DNA of 35,300 bases from Herpetosiphonaceae bacterium (lineage in GTDB: Bacteria; Chloroflexota; Chloroflexia; Chloroflexales; Kallotenuaceae): contig JASKZZ010000083.1 of NCBI GenBank assembly GCA_030147335.1, positions 1-35,300 of the forward strand, given 5' to 3'. Below the pieces are notes generated by a model. The model saw only the letters and a program-made list of their open reading frames with translations. It had not been told where the DNA came from and did not search any database. This document shows, piece by piece, positions 32,962 to 35,300 of the stretch (the stretch's first letter is position 1; every line of letters begins with the position of its first letter). The position numbers were made by a program, and so were the translations under genes.

Positions 32962-34059
32962 CTATCTATCAGTAGAATTTACTTCTGGCCAAAAGCGGAT
33001 CCTTTTGTCTTCACTCCCTGAAACAAGCCATGAATTATCAGGACTAAATACTAATGCGGGAATACCACCTCTATGAGCACGGAAGGTTTTCAGTAGTTGC
33101 CAATCCATCGTTCGCCATATCATAACACTCCCTTCAGATGATCGTCCTGGTACAACGAATCCACCTAAATCTAACCCTCCTGCCGCTAAAGTTTGAGCAT
33201 TTGGACTCCATGTGAGAGTGGTAAGCTGGACCTCCACAGGCAACGAAATCTCTTGGGTTTTATTATTCATTTGCCAGATGTTAATTGACGGTCCTTTTGT
33301 CGAGTTGTTGTCAGCAATTGCTAATCGCGTTCCATCTGGACTCCACGATATACTGTTAGCGTCGGGTGTGGCAATATTCATAAACGCATTTCCACTTTGT
33401 ACCTGCCAAATTTTAACTACCGACTCCGAACCATACCTGCGGATACCCGCAAGGAAGGTTCCATCAGGACTAAATGCTATCGAACGTGCCCCTGGGGTGA
33501 ATTCTGTCACCTTCTTCCAATCTGCCGTCTTCCACAAAGTTATCTGTTCCTCGCTACCAATTGCCAGTATTTGATTATCATGGCTAAAGGAAATATTTTT
33601 TGCGAATGGGCTAGATTTTGACGGTAAGGTTACGAGAATTTCACGTCGAGAAACATCCCAAACTTTTGTTGTATCATCTGCACTACTTGCCGCAATCCAC
33701 ATACCATTAGGACTAAAAGTAACCGCCCAAACATCATCAGCCAGTCCATCTAGTGTAGATACCACTTCCCCGTCGGCAAAACGCCGCACGTGAATACTAC
33801 GTGTTTCCTGCGTACTTCTTGATGCTTCACCGGGAAGCTGGTCAAGCCGTTCTTTGCTCGATTCAGCTGCTACTATTAGGTTGCCGTCTGGACTGAAGGC
33901 AAGATCAAATATGTAATGATTCGTGTTCCAGGTGTATAAGGAGTACCGCCACCAAAAAACTGCTATCGTGGTACATGCAAGCAAACATACAATTAGGAGC
34001 ACTCCGTACCCAACTGTTAGCCTACGTTTCGATATATATGGTTGGTGTCGTAGACGCAT
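32962..34059 (-). CDS. WD40-repeat protein with N-terminal transmembrane anchor
   Basis: The TM is VGYGVLLIVCLLACTTIAVFWW. Repeated blocks are FSPDG/FSPNG/WSPDG...(W) (FSPDGNLIVAA, TFSPNGMWIAASSADDTTKVWDV, IAFSPDGTFLAG, WSPDGTRLAIAD, VFSPDNSWLVSGSEDKRIRFW). RBS is AAGGAAAGAG. Confidence 0.85.
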   Translation of the reverse strand: MRLRHQPYISKRRLTVGYGVLLIVCLLACTTIAVFWWRYSLYTWNTNHYIFDLAFSPDGNLIVAAESSKERLDQLPGEASRSTQETRSIHVRRFADGEVVSTLDGLADDVWAVTFSPNGMWIAASSADDTTKVWDVSRREILVTLPSKSSPFAKNISFSHDNQILAIGSEEQITLWKTADWKKVTEFTPGARSIAFSPDGTFLAGIRRYGSESVVKIWQVQSGNAFMNIATPDANSISWSPDGTRLAIADNNSTKGPSINIWQMNNKTQEISLPVEVQLTTLTWSPNAQTLAAGGLDLGGFVVPGRSSEGSVMIWRTMDWQLLKTFRAHRGGIPALVFSPDNSWLVSGSEDKRIRFWPEVNSTDR

Positions 34060-34125
34060 ATCTCTTTCCTTATATTACTAACTTGACAATTGTACAAATA
34101 TTCGTATCGGCTCTGTTAATACAGT

Positions 34126-34175
34126 ATTTGTGCTAGGTGCTACTTAGCTCACGTCAAGCACCACCTAGCACAAAT
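34126..34175 (-). terminator. 14-bp perfect inverted repeat (atttgtgctaggtg / cacctagcacaaat, 22-nt loop) between the lipase-like and WD40 genes; possible terminator
   Basis: Read directly from the sequence. It lies 70 nt downstream of the lipase-like stop on the minus strand and has no U-tract. Confidence 0.4.
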
Positions 34176-34245
34176 GCTAAATTCAAGGAACAGCACGTCT
34201 AGCTAACGTAGATCCTTCATAGCAACCATACCAGTAGGGCGGTTA

Positions 34246-35163
34246 CTAGCTGCGAGCAACTGTCCATGCAATAAATGGATGTGCTAACCACCCGTTATTA
34301 CCGTCCATCACACCGTCCCAGCCACCATCAGTAACGCCACTTGGATTCGGCCATGAGTGCCATATACCCGAGTTCCATTCACCAACACTGATAACACCTG
34401 CTAACGATCCACCTGTCACACTAATTCCATCCGGTACGGCAGGCGTTATCAGATCATCCGGAAACGTGCGTTCAGCAGTGTCAGTAATCAACATAATGCT
34501 GCCTGGATCATAATTAGATACTTGAATTTGGTTCATAACACAATCTCGCAGATTGTTCGTACCATCACCTCGAACCATTGTCGATTTCCACTTCCCTGTT
34601 GCTGTCCAAGGAGTAATAACTACGGTATGGAGCGACTCGGAAGACGTCGACACTTGAACCGCTGTATTCCATCCAGCAATCATATTTGGGTAGTTTTGCG
34701 TTGCTGGTTGATAGTCAGGACAACGAATAGTTGCGGTATAGAACTGCATAACGTAGTTATGCCGGCAGTATTCAGTCTCACTGAATGGAACATAAAAGGC
34801 AGGATCAGATGTACGTTCCCTATCGCACCCAGGTTGAACAAAATAACCACCAGCGCGCTTTCTTGCATCTGTTACCCAATTAATGTTGAACTGCCTATGT
34901 CCCAGCCCTACACGGTTACCTGTACCTGCAAAATTGGACGTATGATAAACATCAACAAATTGAGCATCAGAGTTGTCGAGCCGACCACCACGACCAACAC
35001 TATCCATTTCTGTATGGTATGACACAAACACAGGACCCGCCGCATCTAATCCGGTAATGCGATCGACCTTTTGACCTGGATAGTAACAGTCAAGATAATC
35101 ACTGGCATAACTCGCTGTAATGCCCCCAATAATCTGGACAGGATGACATGTTAGAGTCTTCAC
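34246..35163 (-). CDS. Pancreatic/vespid-type lipase-like (PF00151-like) protein fragment plus an unknown ~170-aa C-terminal domain; 5' end apparently truncated by the IS3-family element
   Basis: DRITGLDAAGPVF, RLDNSDAQFVDVYHTS and GLGHRQFNINW...VQPGCD match the lipase-family blocks RITGLDPAGPxF, RLDxSDAxFVDVIHT and GHxDFYPNGG..QPGC. The ORF opens with a GTG only 15 nt from the IS transposase ATG, and no N-terminal region or signal peptide is present. Confidence 0.55.
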   Translation of the reverse strand: MKTLTCHPVQIIGGITASYASDYLDCYYPGQKVDRITGLDAAGPVFVSYHTEMDSVGRGGRLDNSDAQFVDVYHTSNFAGTGNRVGLGHRQFNINWVTDARKRAGGYFVQPGCDRERTSDPAFYVPFSETEYCRHNYVMQFYTATIRCPDYQPATQNYPNMIAGWNTAVQVSTSSESLHTVVITPWTATGKWKSTMVRGDGTNNLRDCVMNQIQVSNYDPGSIMLITDTAERTFPDDLITPAVPDGISVTGGSLAGVISVGEWNSGIWHSWPNPSGVTDGGWDGVMDGNNGWLAHPFIAWTVARS

Positions 35164-35300
35164 CGTGGAGGACCAAGATGAAGACCAATCAGCACACGGC
35201 CGAACAGATCATCCGCATCTTGACACAGGCTGACAAGGGGGCACAAACGATCGGAGAAATCTGTCGGGAATACGGCATCGCCGAGGCAACCTTCTATCGC
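35144..35300 (+). mobile_element. Left end of an IS3-family insertion sequence (continues beyond the window)
   Basis: A candidate IR starts with TG (tgacatgttagagtc...). A GGAGG RBS and the orfA start follow 34 nt later. The boundary is inferred, not proven. Confidence 0.55.
35178..35300 (+). CDS. IS3-family transposase OrfA (HTH protein), N-terminal 41 codons; 3' end lies outside the window
   Basis: MKTNQHTAEQIIRILTQADKGAQTIGEICREYGIAEATFYR matches the typical IS3/IS407-group OrfA opening (..EQI..IL...e.G....e.cR..GIs..TFYrW). GGAGG lies 5 nt upstream. Confidence 0.8.
   Translation, partial: MKTNQHTAEQIIRILTQADKGAQTIGEICREYGIAEATFYR

Overview
Nt 1-24339 is entirely + strand. It holds two co-directional, translationally coupled operons, separated by an intrinsic terminator at 11374-11420, that look like a monoderm-type (VirB4 + coupling protein) conjugative type IV secretion / DNA-transfer module. 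Recognisable parts are M15 and NlpC/P60 cell-wall hydrolases, a VirB6/TrbL-like polytopic membrane protein, a small 2-TM pilin-like protein, a PrgI/VirB3-like protein, a VirB4-like ATPase and a VirD4/TraG-like ATPase without TM helices. There is also an FtsK/SpoIIIE-like protein with degenerate Walker motifs, plus an XRE / replication-relaxation / XRE triad. No canonical relaxase is visible, and about half the ORFs carry no family signature I can recognise. Next comes a 1.5-kb non-coding, repeat-dense region (24.4-25.9 kb) with four different repeat arrays. It is followed by an IS701-family element with a frame-broken transposase, inserted just upstream of a parM/parR-like actin-type partition pair, which suggests a plasmid backbone. 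After that lie a decayed response-regulator remnant and two diverged head-to-tail IS4-family copies whose abutted ends form a 44-bp perfect palindrome. Two small minus-strand genes with paralogous leaders follow. The window ends with an AT-richer island encoding a WD40 protein and a pancreatic-lipase-like fragment cut by an IS3-family element. Host taxon cannot be established from the sequence. All family assignments are by-eye motif recognition and need HMM or structure confirmation.
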